Assembly: GCA_963851325.1 (NCBI GenBank)
Contig: CAWKOR010000001.1
Location: 3,508,144 to 3,572,143 of the forward strand
DNA from: an uncultured delta proteobacterium
GTDB lineage: Bacteria; Desulfobacterota; Binatia; Binatales; Binataceae
DNA length: 64,000 nucleotides
Direction: 5' to 3'
Both the position numbers and the translations under genes were made by a program. How positions within the stretch are numbered: the stretch's first letter is position 1; every line of letters starts with the position of its first letter. The notes below the pieces were generated by a model. The model saw nothing but the letters and a program-made list of their open reading frames with translations. It had not been told where the DNA came from and did no database searches. This document shows positions 18,226 to 26,876 of this stretch, piece by piece.

Positions 18226-19302
18226 ATGGAATCGACCCGGAGCATTGAAGCGAGCCCTATCCCGAATCGCTACGCACGCGGATGGCACTGCCTGGGACTG
18301 GCCGCCGATTTCCGCGATGGCAAGCCACATCAAATCAGCGCATTCGGATCGCGGCTGGTTGCGTTCCTCGGCGAAGACGGCGAGGTCCACATCCTCGACG
18401 CCTACTGCCCGCATATGGGCGCCGATCTTGGCCGCGGTACCGTCAGTGGTAACTCGATCGTCTGTCCATTTCACAACTGGAGTTGGGGAGCCGACGGGGT
18501 TTGCAATTCGATTCCGTATTCGAAGCGAATTCCTCCCGCCGCGCGTACCCGCTCATGGCAGACCAGCGAGCAGAACAAGCTGCTGTTCGTATGGAACGAT
18601 CCCGAAGGCAAGCCGCCCGCCGATGAAGTCGCTATCCCGCGTATCGACGCATGTTACTCGGACCAGTGGACCGAGTGGGTGGTTGAGAAGTGGAGCATCA
18701 ACACCAACTGCCGCGAACTCATCGACAATGTATCCGACATGGCCCACTTCATCTCGGTGCATAGCGTGCCGGTGCAGTACTTCGCCAACATCTTCGAGGG
18801 TCACAAGGCGACCCAGGTGATGTTGGGGAACAGTTCGCAGCTGGCGATGGAAGGTGGCCTGCTGACCTATGCGACCTACTATGGCCCGGCCTACCAGATC
18901 ACCGAAATGAAGGGGGAGATGGGCGGCTTCGCGATCGATTCGATTCTGCTGAACTGCCACCTGCCCATCAATCTCAGCAGTTTCGATCTTCGCTTCGGGA
19001 TGCTGGTGCGCAAGATTCCCGGATTGAGCGACGAGCAAAACGCCGAGATGGCAAAAACCTACATCAAGTACACCCAGCAGGGCTTCTACCAGGACGTGGC
19101 GATCTGGGACAACAAGGTGCGCATCGACAATCCGCTGCTCTGCGAAGGCGACGGCCCGATCGCGCACCTGCGCCGATGGTACCAGCAGTTTTACCTGGAT
19201 GAGGCGCAGGTCCCGCGCGCATCGCGCGAGCATCGGGTGTTCGAGTTAAACCCCGGCGCGATCGCTACCGCGCCTCCTCTGCATCACGTCTTCGAATGCT
19301 AG
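18226..19302 (+). CDS. kshA: Rieske non-heme iron oxygenase, 3-ketosteroid 9-alpha-hydroxylase (KshA)-like
   Basis: 358 aa with a Rieske CPH...CPFH motif (CPHMGADLG...CPFHNW), a mononuclear Fe motif DMAHFISVH, and an N-terminus RYARGWHCLG characteristic of KshA-type oxygenases. Confidence 0.7.
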   Translation: MESTRSIEASPIPNRYARGWHCLGLAADFRDGKPHQISAFGSRLVAFLGEDGEVHILDAYCPHMGADLGRGTVSGNSIVCPFHNWSWGADGVCNSIPYSKRIPPAARTRSWQTSEQNKLLFVWNDPEGKPPADEVAIPRIDACYSDQWTEWVVEKWSINTNCRELIDNVSDMAHFISVHSVPVQYFANIFEGHKATQVMLGNSSQLAMEGGLLTYATYYGPAYQITEMKGEMGGFAIDSILLNCHLPINLSSFDLRFGMLVRKIPGLSDEQNAEMAKTYIKYTQQGFYQDVAIWDNKVRIDNPLLCEGDGPIAHLRRWYQQFYLDEAQVPRASREHRVFELNPGAIATAPPLHHVFEC

Positions 19303-19326
19303 GGCAGCGGAAACAGCATACTGAAA

Positions 19327-20280
19327 ATGGCGATAGTGGCGGACGAGATCCTCGTCTTCGGCGGCACCGGCAGTCCGAAGCTGACTCGCAAGATTTGCGA
19401 CTACCTTAAGACGGAGCCGGGCTCGGGAGAAGTGTTGCGCTTCTCGGACGGCAACCTGTTTGTCCGTGTCAACGAAAATGTGCGCGGCCGTCATGTCTAT
19501 CTCGTCCAGTCGACAGTCTTCCCGACCAACGACAATTTCATGGAACTGCTCTTCTGGGTGGATGCCCTCAAGCGCGCCAGCGCCCAGTCAGTCACCGTCG
19601 TGATGCCGTACTTCAGCTATGCGAAGGGTGACAAGAAGGATGAGCCAAGGGTCTCGATTCGTGCGCGCGTCTGCGCCGATGCGATCGAGGTGGCCGGCGC
19701 CGATAGGGTCGTCACGCTGGACCTGCATGCACCCCAGATTCAGGGCTTCTTTCGCATTCCGGTGGACGACCTCTACGCATTGCCCGTGCTCTGCGACGCA
19801 ATTGTCAGCAAGCAGTTGCCGAACCTCGTCGTGGTCTCGCCGGACACCGGCTTCGCGAAGCATGCGCGCAAGTATGCCTCGTCGCTCGGCACTTCCATCG
19901 CGATCGCGGACAAGGAACGCAGGTCACATGATGAACGGGCCGAGATTCTCGAAATCATCGGCGAAGTTCAGGGTAAGACCGCCTTGCTGGTCGATGACTT
20001 CACGATTTCGGCCGGCACGCTGGTCGAGGCGGCGGAGAAGCTCCTCGAGCGCGGCGCGAAGGCGGTGTATGCGGCGGTGTCGCACGGAGTTTTCAGCGCG
20101 GGCTCGATGGAGCGACTGGAGCGGAGCCCAATTCAAGCTTTGCTGGTGACCGACTCTATCGAAACCCAACCCGTGGTGCTTTCTCCCAAGGTCGAGGTGG
20201 TCTCGGTGGCGCCGCTTTTCGGCGAGGCGATTCGGCGGATCCACAACCGGGAGAGCATCAGCGTGTTGTTTCCGAAGTAG
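19327..20280 (+). CDS. prs: ribose-phosphate pyrophosphokinase (PRPP synthetase)
   Basis: 317 aa with the Prs signatures (FSDGNLFVRVNENVRG, PRPP-binding LLVDDFTISAGTL). Confidence 0.85.
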   Translation: MAIVADEILVFGGTGSPKLTRKICDYLKTEPGSGEVLRFSDGNLFVRVNENVRGRHVYLVQSTVFPTNDNFMELLFWVDALKRASAQSVTVVMPYFSYAKGDKKDEPRVSIRARVCADAIEVAGADRVVTLDLHAPQIQGFFRIPVDDLYALPVLCDAIVSKQLPNLVVVSPDTGFAKHARKYASSLGTSIAIADKERRSHDERAEILEIIGEVQGKTALLVDDFTISAGTLVEAAEKLLERGAKAVYAAVSHGVFSAGSMERLERSPIQALLVTDSIETQPVVLSPKVEVVSVAPLFGEAIRRIHNRESISVLFPK

Positions 20281-20348
20281 AACTGTGGGGTCGCGTTATT
20301 CATCCCGCGTGACACCGTGATATGGCTGGGCGAGCGGGAGATTGCGTA

Positions 20349-21539
20349 ATGGAGTCGAAAGAAAGCGGAATCGCGGCGTCGCTGCTGGCGCGGGCGCGCG
20401 AGTTGGTGCCGATTCTTGCCGAGCGTGCGCCGCGCGCGGATGCTGAGCGACGCATCCCGGCCGAGACCATCGACGATTTTCGCAGGGCCGGGTTCTTCCG
20501 CATCCTGCAGCCCAAACAGTGGGGTGGCTACGAGCTGCACCCGCGCGTTTTCTACGATGTTCAGATGACCCTCGCGCAGGGATGCGCCTCCACCGGATGG
20601 GTCTTCGGGGTGATGGGCGTCCACAACTGGCAGATCGCGCTGTTCGATCCGCGCGCCGCCGAGGATGTCTGGCGAAATAACGACGCACTGCTGATTTCGT
20701 CATCGTATATGCCGAAAGGGCAGGTGAAGCGCGTCGCCGGCGGCTTTCGACTGAGCGGGCGATGGAGTTTCTCCAGCGGCGTCGATCACGCCGACTGGGT
20801 TTTCCTCGGCGCGATTGTGATGCCGGAAGGCTCGACTCCCGGCTCTCCCGATTTTCGTACCTTCCTGGTGCCGCGCGCGGATTTCGAAGTCGTCGACACC
20901 TGGCACGTGATGGGCTTCAAGGGTACCGGCAGCAAGGATGTTGTGGTCAAGGATGCGATGGTGCCTGAGTATCGCACGCATAGTGTGCGGGACGGTTTCG
21001 CCGGTACCAGCCCGGGACTCGTTGCGAATCCCGCGCCGCTGTACCGATTGCCATTCGGGCAGGTTTTCGTACGCGCAGTTTCAGCCGCCTCGATCGGAGC
21101 ATTGCAGGGAGCACTCGATGCGTTCCGTGAGTTCGGCGCCACTCGCGTCAGTTCCAACGATTTTTCCGCGACCGCGCAGGATCCGACGGCGCAACTCGCC
21201 GCCGCCGATGCGGCGGTTGCGATCGACGATATGAAGCTGGAGCTGTTTCACAGCTTCGATGCGATGATGACGACGCTGGCAAGCGGGCAGCCGCTCGAGC
21301 TCAAGGATCGGATTCTTTACCGCTACCAATCCGCGCTGGCGGCGGATCGATGCGTCGAGCACGTGAGCCGCCTGTTTCGTTCCTGCGGCGCGTCGGCGAT
21401 CTTTTCCGGAAATCCCATCGGACGCTTCTTCGCTGATATCCACGCCGCGCGCGCACACTTCGCGAACAACGCCGATCGCTTCGGCCGCAACTACGGCGGC
21501 GTGCTGCTCGGGCTTCAAAACGCGGATCTTTTCATATGA
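20349..21539 (+). CDS. acyl-CoA-dehydrogenase-fold flavin-dependent monooxygenase (HsaA/HpaB-C2-like oxygenase component)
   Basis: ATG at 20349 after a GGGAG RBS. It has an ACAD fold but shows the motifs of group-D flavin monooxygenases (LQPKQWGGYELHP, GVHNWQIALFD). Its stop overlaps the next gene by 4 nt. Confidence 0.7.
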   Translation: MESKESGIAASLLARARELVPILAERAPRADAERRIPAETIDDFRRAGFFRILQPKQWGGYELHPRVFYDVQMTLAQGCASTGWVFGVMGVHNWQIALFDPRAAEDVWRNNDALLISSSYMPKGQVKRVAGGFRLSGRWSFSSGVDHADWVFLGAIVMPEGSTPGSPDFRTFLVPRADFEVVDTWHVMGFKGTGSKDVVVKDAMVPEYRTHSVRDGFAGTSPGLVANPAPLYRLPFGQVFVRAVSAASIGALQGALDAFREFGATRVSSNDFSATAQDPTAQLAAADAAVAIDDMKLELFHSFDAMMTTLASGQPLELKDRILYRYQSALAADRCVEHVSRLFRSCGASAIFSGNPIGRFFADIHAARAHFANNADRFGRNYGGVLLGLQNADLFI

Positions 21540-23236
21540 ACGATGAGGCGAACTGGGACCATCGTTTTGATGTGATCGTGGTCGGCTCCGGCGCGGGTGG
21601 AATGATCGCCGCCATCTGTGCGCACGATCTCGGCCAATCGGTTGTGGTCATCGAAAAAGGCGACGTCTATGGCGGCACCACGGCGATTTCCGGCGGCGCA
21701 GTATGGGTCCCATGCAATCATCAGATCGCGGCGCTGGGTGGCACTGACGACTACGATGGCGCGCTCACCTATCTCAAGTCCGCCACTCGCGGGATGGTCA
21801 GCGAGACGCGCCTGCGCGCATACCTCGACAGTGCCCCGCGGATGGTTCGCTACCTCGAAGACAAAACGCGCATGCGCTACCGCGCGATGCCGCTGTACTC
21901 GGATTACTATCCGGACCTCGCCGGTGCGAAGGGCGGCTATCGCACGATGGATCCGGTGCCCTTCGATGCGGCGCAGCTCGGCGACGAGTTCGATCGCTTG
22001 CGCGCGCCGTCGCCGGGCACGCTGATCGCGGGCCGGGTCGGGATGACCGCGGGTGAGGCGCATACCATCCTCGCCAAGGAGCGGGGTTGGATGCTGCTGA
22101 TCGCGCGCCGCTTCGCGAGTTACTGGCTCGATGTGCGCTGGCGTCGGCGGACCCGCCGCGATCGCCGCCTCACGCTCGGCAACGCGCTGGTCGGTGCGCT
22201 GCGCGCTTCGATGCTCGATCGCAAGATCCCGTTGTGGCTCAATACGCCGCTCGAATCGGTGATCGCCGACACGCGACACGTTACCGGAGTCATCGCGACG
22301 CAGAACGGCAAGCAGATTCGCATCGCGGCCAATCGCGGAGTGATTCTCGCGGCGGGAGGTTTCGAGCATAACCAGGCGATGCGGGAAAATTATCTTCCGC
22401 AGCCGACCAACGCCGAATGGACCACCACGCCGCCGACCAACACCGGCGACGCGATTCGGGCGGGCGCGCTTATCGGCGCGCAGCTTGCGCTGATGGACAT
22501 GGCGTGGTGGGCGCCGACGGTGTTCGTGCCCGGCCGCGAAAAACGCCGCGCGTTATTCGTCGAGCGCGCGCTGCCCGGATGCGTGATGGTCAACAAGCTG
22601 GGTCGCCGCTTCGTCGATGAGGCCGCGCCCTACTCCGACATCGTCACCGCGATGTATGCCGACAACGCGGCGAGTGGTGCGAACCTGCCAGCGTGGCTGA
22701 TCTTCGATGCGACGTTTCGGCGCAACTATCCATGCGGGCCGCTGCTGCCGGGCATGGTGCAAAAAGATTCCAGTCTGCCCAAAGAATGGGCCGACAAGGT
22801 TTACTTCAAGGCCGAGTCGCTCGAAGCGCTCGCGAAGCGTATCGGCATCGACGCGCCGGGACTGATGGATACGATCGGCAAGATGAACGCGTATGCGACC
22901 AGCGGTGTCGACGTAGATTTCGGCAAGGGCGACAACAGCTTCGATCGCTACTACGGCGATATCAACGTGAAGCCGAATCCGTGTCTCGCGCCGATCGTGA
23001 AGCCACCGTTTTATGCGCTGCGGATCGACGCCGGCGACATCGGCACCAAGGGCGGCCTGCTAACCGACGAATTCGCGCGGGTGCTGCGCGAGGACGGCCA
23101 GCCCATCGCGGGGTTGTATGCGACCGGCAACACCTCGGCAGCGGTGATGGGGCCGAGCTATCCGGGAGCCGGCTCGACGATTGGTCCGGCGATGACGTTC
23201 GGCTTCGTCGCGGCGCATCATCTGGCGGGAGTCTGA
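21536..23236 (+). CDS. FAD-dependent dehydrogenase, 3-ketosteroid delta1-dehydrogenase/fumarate reductase flavoprotein family
   Basis: 566 aa with an N-terminal FAD fold (DVIVVGSGAGGMIAAI...VVVIEKG) and a C-terminal GNTSAAVMGPSYPGAGSTIGPAMTFG motif. Confidence 0.7.
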   Translation: MNDEANWDHRFDVIVVGSGAGGMIAAICAHDLGQSVVVIEKGDVYGGTTAISGGAVWVPCNHQIAALGGTDDYDGALTYLKSATRGMVSETRLRAYLDSAPRMVRYLEDKTRMRYRAMPLYSDYYPDLAGAKGGYRTMDPVPFDAAQLGDEFDRLRAPSPGTLIAGRVGMTAGEAHTILAKERGWMLLIARRFASYWLDVRWRRRTRRDRRLTLGNALVGALRASMLDRKIPLWLNTPLESVIADTRHVTGVIATQNGKQIRIAANRGVILAAGGFEHNQAMRENYLPQPTNAEWTTTPPTNTGDAIRAGALIGAQLALMDMAWWAPTVFVPGREKRRALFVERALPGCVMVNKLGRRFVDEAAPYSDIVTAMYADNAASGANLPAWLIFDATFRRNYPCGPLLPGMVQKDSSLPKEWADKVYFKAESLEALAKRIGIDAPGLMDTIGKMNAYATSGVDVDFGKGDNSFDRYYGDINVKPNPCLAPIVKPPFYALRIDAGDIGTKGGLLTDEFARVLREDGQPIAGLYATGNTSAAVMGPSYPGAGSTIGPAMTFGFVAAHHLAGV

Positions 23237-23274
23237 CCCGAAGTTCGGCCGCGGAGTTCAACCAGGAGGCTTCG

Positions 23275-24129
23275 ATGCTCGCAGGAAAAGTAGCTCTGGT
23301 CACCGGCGCCAGCCGCGGAGTCGGAAAAGGAATCGCGCAAAAACTCGGCAGCGCGGGCGCGGCTGTGTACGTAACCGGGCGCAGCACTCGCAACGACGAC
23401 AGCCCCTTCGGCGGCACCGTGTTCGCGACCGCCGATGAGGTCACGCGCCGCGGCGGCAAGGGCATCCCGGTCGCGTGCGATCATAAAGATGATGCGCAGA
23501 CGCGGGCCGTCTTCGAGCGCATCGCGAAGGAATCGGGACGCCTCGACATCCTGGTTAACAACGCCACCGCCATTCCCGACGGCCTCACCGAACCGGGTCC
23601 GTTCTGGCGCAAGCCGCTTGCCTTCGCGGACCTGTTCGATGTGGGCGCGCGCTCGACGTATGTCGCGACCTGGTTCGGCGCGGAAATGCTGATTCGCTCG
23701 GGCGGTGTCGTGATCAACATCTCGTCGCCGGGGAGCCGCTGCTACGTTCACGGACCGGCCTACGGCGGCGCCAAGGCGGCGGTCGACAAGATGGCGTTCG
23801 ACATGGCGCACGACTTCAAGCCCCACGGCGTCGCGGTCATCTCGCTGTGGCTGGGGCTGGTGAAAACCGAAAAAGTTCTGTCGATGAATTCTGCCGAGGC
23901 GAAAAAATACGAAGCCTTCCTCGCCTTTGCCGAGACGCCGGAATTCGGCGGCGCGATCATCGAAGCGCTCCTCGCCGATCCGAATCGCATGGAGCACAGC
24001 GGCAAGGTTTTCTACGCCGCGGAACTCGCGCACCACTACGGGGTCAAGGACGAAAACGGTTTCGAACCACCATCGGGCCGCGCCTTCATCGGCGATCCTC
24101 CAAGCTATTCGTCCGCGGTAGTCGAATAG
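23275..24129 (+). CDS. short-chain dehydrogenase/reductase (SDR)
   Basis: ATG at 23275 after an AGGAGG RBS, a TGASRGVGKG cofactor motif and a YGGAK active site. Confidence 0.8.
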   Translation: MLAGKVALVTGASRGVGKGIAQKLGSAGAAVYVTGRSTRNDDSPFGGTVFATADEVTRRGGKGIPVACDHKDDAQTRAVFERIAKESGRLDILVNNATAIPDGLTEPGPFWRKPLAFADLFDVGARSTYVATWFGAEMLIRSGGVVINISSPGSRCYVHGPAYGGAKAAVDKMAFDMAHDFKPHGVAVISLWLGLVKTEKVLSMNSAEAKKYEAFLAFAETPEFGGAIIEALLADPNRMEHSGKVFYAAELAHHYGVKDENGFEPPSGRAFIGDPPSYSSAVVE

Positions 24130-24145
24130 GCGTCCGCGAATAGCC

Positions 24146-25870
24146 GTGGATCGCGTATCCGACGATTCCGATCTATTCCTCGATGCCTCGCGGTCGGGCG
24201 CGACGCCGATTGCGCCGGCGCTGCAGGTGGACGCCGGTTCTATTCAATGGGATGCCGATTGCGACGTGCTGGTAATCGGTTTCGGGGCGGCCGGTGCGAG
24301 TGCGGCGATCGAGGCTGCCCGCGACGGCGCGCAGGTGATCGTCGTCGATCGTTTCGAAGGCGGCGGCGCGAGCGCGAGGAGCGGTGGCGTCGTCTACGCC
24401 GGCGGCGGCACGCCCTACCAGAAGAAGGCCGGCTTCGACGATACACCCGATGCGATGTTCGACTACCTGCGCCATGAGGTCGGCAACGTGGTCAGCGAGG
24501 CCACCCTGCGCGGCTTCTGCGCGCAAAGCGTGGCGATGATTTCATGGCTGGAGGCACTCGGCGTCGAGTTCGACGCTACCGTGCCGTCCAAAAAGACATC
24601 TTATCCGCCCAATGGTTACTACCTGTATTTTTCCGGCAACGAGGCGGTCCCGCAGTTCGCCGGCGCAGCTCCACCCGCACCGCGAGGCCATCGGGTCAAG
24701 GGAGCCGGCCTTTCGGGCGCGATGATGTTCAAGGCCCTGCGCAAGGCCACCGTCGCGGCAGGCGCCCGCGTATTGTCGCAGGCCGCGGTCCGCAGGCTCA
24801 TCGTCGATTCCGCCAGTGGCGCGGTGGTGGGCGCAGAGGTCTGGCAGATGCCGACGGGATCTCGTGTGGCGCGCAGTCATCGACGCCTTAGCCGCTGGGC
24901 CGACAAGATCAGCTATGTCGATGCCGGCTGGTCCGATCGCGTGCGCCGTCGTGCGCTCTCGATAGAAATCGCGCACGCGCGCCCGCGGTTGATCCGCGTG
25001 CGCGGCGGCGTGGTGCTGAGCACCGGAGGTTTCATCTTCAATCGCGCGATGCTCGCGCGTCACGCGCCCGGCTATCTCCACAACTTCCGGCTCGGCACCA
25101 CAGGATGCGACGGCAGCGGCATCCGGCTCGGCGAGTCCGCCGGGGGCGAGGCCGCGCACCTGGAGCGCGTGTCGGCGTGGCGGTTCATCAATCCTCCGAT
25201 CGCGTGGGCGCGCGGAATGGTGGTCAGTCCGCAAGGCCGCCGCTTTTGTAACGAAGAGGTGTACGGCGCACTGCTCGGCCATCATATGTGCGAGGAGCAC
25301 GGCGGCAAGGCGTGGCTGATTCTCGATTCGCGGCTTCGGCGCGAGGCCATGCGCGAGGCGTTGTTCGGTGGGCTGTGGCGGTTTCAGAGCATGCCCGCGA
25401 TCGTGCTGAGCCTGCGCGCGAAGCGTGGCAATTCGATCGAGGACCTCGCGCAACGGATCGGCGCCGATACTTCCGCGATGCGCGAAACTCTCGAGGCCTA
25501 CAACGCTGCCGCGCGCGGCTCCGAAGACGCGTTCGGCAAATCCTCCGCCATGCGCCGGGTGCTGGAGGCGCCGCCCTTCTATGCTCTCGATATCTCGGTT
25601 CGCAGTGCCACCTTTCCCTGTCCCGCGATCACGCTCGGCGGTCTGCGCGTCGACGAGGTTACCGGCCTGGTGATGCGGAGCGGCGGCGAATGCGTGCCGG
25701 GCCTGTACGCCGCGGGACGCGCCGCAGTCGGTATCGCTTCGAATCATTACGTGAGCGGCCTCGCGCTTGCGGATTGCATCTGGTCGGGACGCCGCGCGGG
25801 CCATGCCGCCGCCAAGGCCTCGCGCGATCGCGCAGCTTTAGAGAACGCTGTCCAATCTGCTAATGCCTAG
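24146..25870 (+). CDS. FAD-dependent dehydrogenase, KstD/fumarate reductase flavoprotein family (second copy)
   Basis: 574 aa with a GTG start. It has the FAD motifs DVLVIGFGAAGASAAIEAARDGAQVIVVDR and a C-terminal GLYAAGRAAVGIASNHYVSG. Confidence 0.7.
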   Translation: MDRVSDDSDLFLDASRSGATPIAPALQVDAGSIQWDADCDVLVIGFGAAGASAAIEAARDGAQVIVVDRFEGGGASARSGGVVYAGGGTPYQKKAGFDDTPDAMFDYLRHEVGNVVSEATLRGFCAQSVAMISWLEALGVEFDATVPSKKTSYPPNGYYLYFSGNEAVPQFAGAAPPAPRGHRVKGAGLSGAMMFKALRKATVAAGARVLSQAAVRRLIVDSASGAVVGAEVWQMPTGSRVARSHRRLSRWADKISYVDAGWSDRVRRRALSIEIAHARPRLIRVRGGVVLSTGGFIFNRAMLARHAPGYLHNFRLGTTGCDGSGIRLGESAGGEAAHLERVSAWRFINPPIAWARGMVVSPQGRRFCNEEVYGALLGHHMCEEHGGKAWLILDSRLRREAMREALFGGLWRFQSMPAIVLSLRAKRGNSIEDLAQRIGADTSAMRETLEAYNAAARGSEDAFGKSSAMRRVLEAPPFYALDISVRSATFPCPAITLGGLRVDEVTGLVMRSGGECVPGLYAAGRAAVGIASNHYVSGLALADCIWSGRRAGHAAAKASRDRAALENAVQSANA

Positions 25871-25972
25871 GACCATCCGCTAAAAGGAGCGCTCGGCGTG
25901 GAGCCAGGAGTTCGTCACGCCGTGAGGTCAAGGAAGCCGATGATATCGAGCCGGGTGAGGGATGAGTCTTAG

Positions 25973-26719
25973 ATGAAAGTTGCGATCATTACCGGTGCTG
26001 GAACTGGAATCGGGAAAGCCTCCGCGCTTGAACTGCTCAAGGACGGCTTCGCCGTGGTGCTGGCCGGGCGTCGCGTCGAGCCGCTTGAAGCGACAGCATC
26101 CGAAGCTAAGGCCTTGGGCTCGCCGACGCTGGTGGTCCCCACTGATGTGGCCGATCCGGGCGCGGTGAAAAACCTGTTCGCCACGACCAAAGAAAAATTA
26201 GGACGGCTCGATGTTCTCTTCAACAACGCGGGATTCGGCGGGCCCCCAGTGCTACTGGAAGACCTTCCCTACGAGAAATGGAAGGCGGTGGTCGATACCA
26301 ATTTGACTGGCGCGTTCTTGTGCACCCAGGAGGCCTTCAGGCTGATGAAGAGCCAGGATCCGCGCGGCGGGCGCATCATCAACAATGGATCGATTTCGGC
26401 GCATAGCCCGCGCCCAAACTCCGCCGCCTACACCGCCACCAAGCACGCGATGACGGGCCTGACCAAGGTGACCTCGCTCGACGGCCGCAAGTACGATATC
26501 GCGTGTAGCCAAATCGATATCGGCAATGCGGCCACCGAAATGACCCGCGGGATGGCGCGTGGCGTCCCGCAAGCCAACGGCACCATGATGCCCGAGCCGA
26601 CGTTTGACGTGCATCATGTTGCGCGCGCGGTGGCCTATATGGCGACGCTGCCACTGGATGCCAACGTGCAATTCATGACCATCATGGCAACCAAGATGCC
26701 GCTCATCGGAAGAGGCTAG
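25973..26719 (+). CDS. short-chain dehydrogenase/reductase (SDR)
   Basis: 248 aa with a TGAGTGIGK motif, NNAG and Y-x3-K catalytic residues. Confidence 0.8.
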   Translation: MKVAIITGAGTGIGKASALELLKDGFAVVLAGRRVEPLEATASEAKALGSPTLVVPTDVADPGAVKNLFATTKEKLGRLDVLFNNAGFGGPPVLLEDLPYEKWKAVVDTNLTGAFLCTQEAFRLMKSQDPRGGRIINNGSISAHSPRPNSAAYTATKHAMTGLTKVTSLDGRKYDIACSQIDIGNAATEMTRGMARGVPQANGTMMPEPTFDVHHVARAVAYMATLPLDANVQFMTIMATKMPLIGRG

Positions 26720-26876
26720 GGCAGCCGGCTCGGAAATAAATCTTTAGATGTAGACGGATCTAGTTATTCGATTAATAGACATAGCCGAGTTGGTTCGGGC
26801 ATAAGCGGTTCACTGCGGACTGACCTCATCGGCCTCCATCAATCATTTGGCGGCCGCCAGCTTTCCGCGGCGATTG

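Noticed and set aside
21515-22369. 284-aa minus-strand ORF inside the first KstD-like gene. Similar antisense ORFs occur at 18553-19233, 23218-24036, 24542-25804, 30166-31590, 37269-38258, 43205-44659, 56114-56677 and 57922-59004
   Set aside because: All lie antisense or out of frame within genes that have strong family signatures. The compositions are those of GC-rich noise (Arg/Ala/Gly/His-rich).
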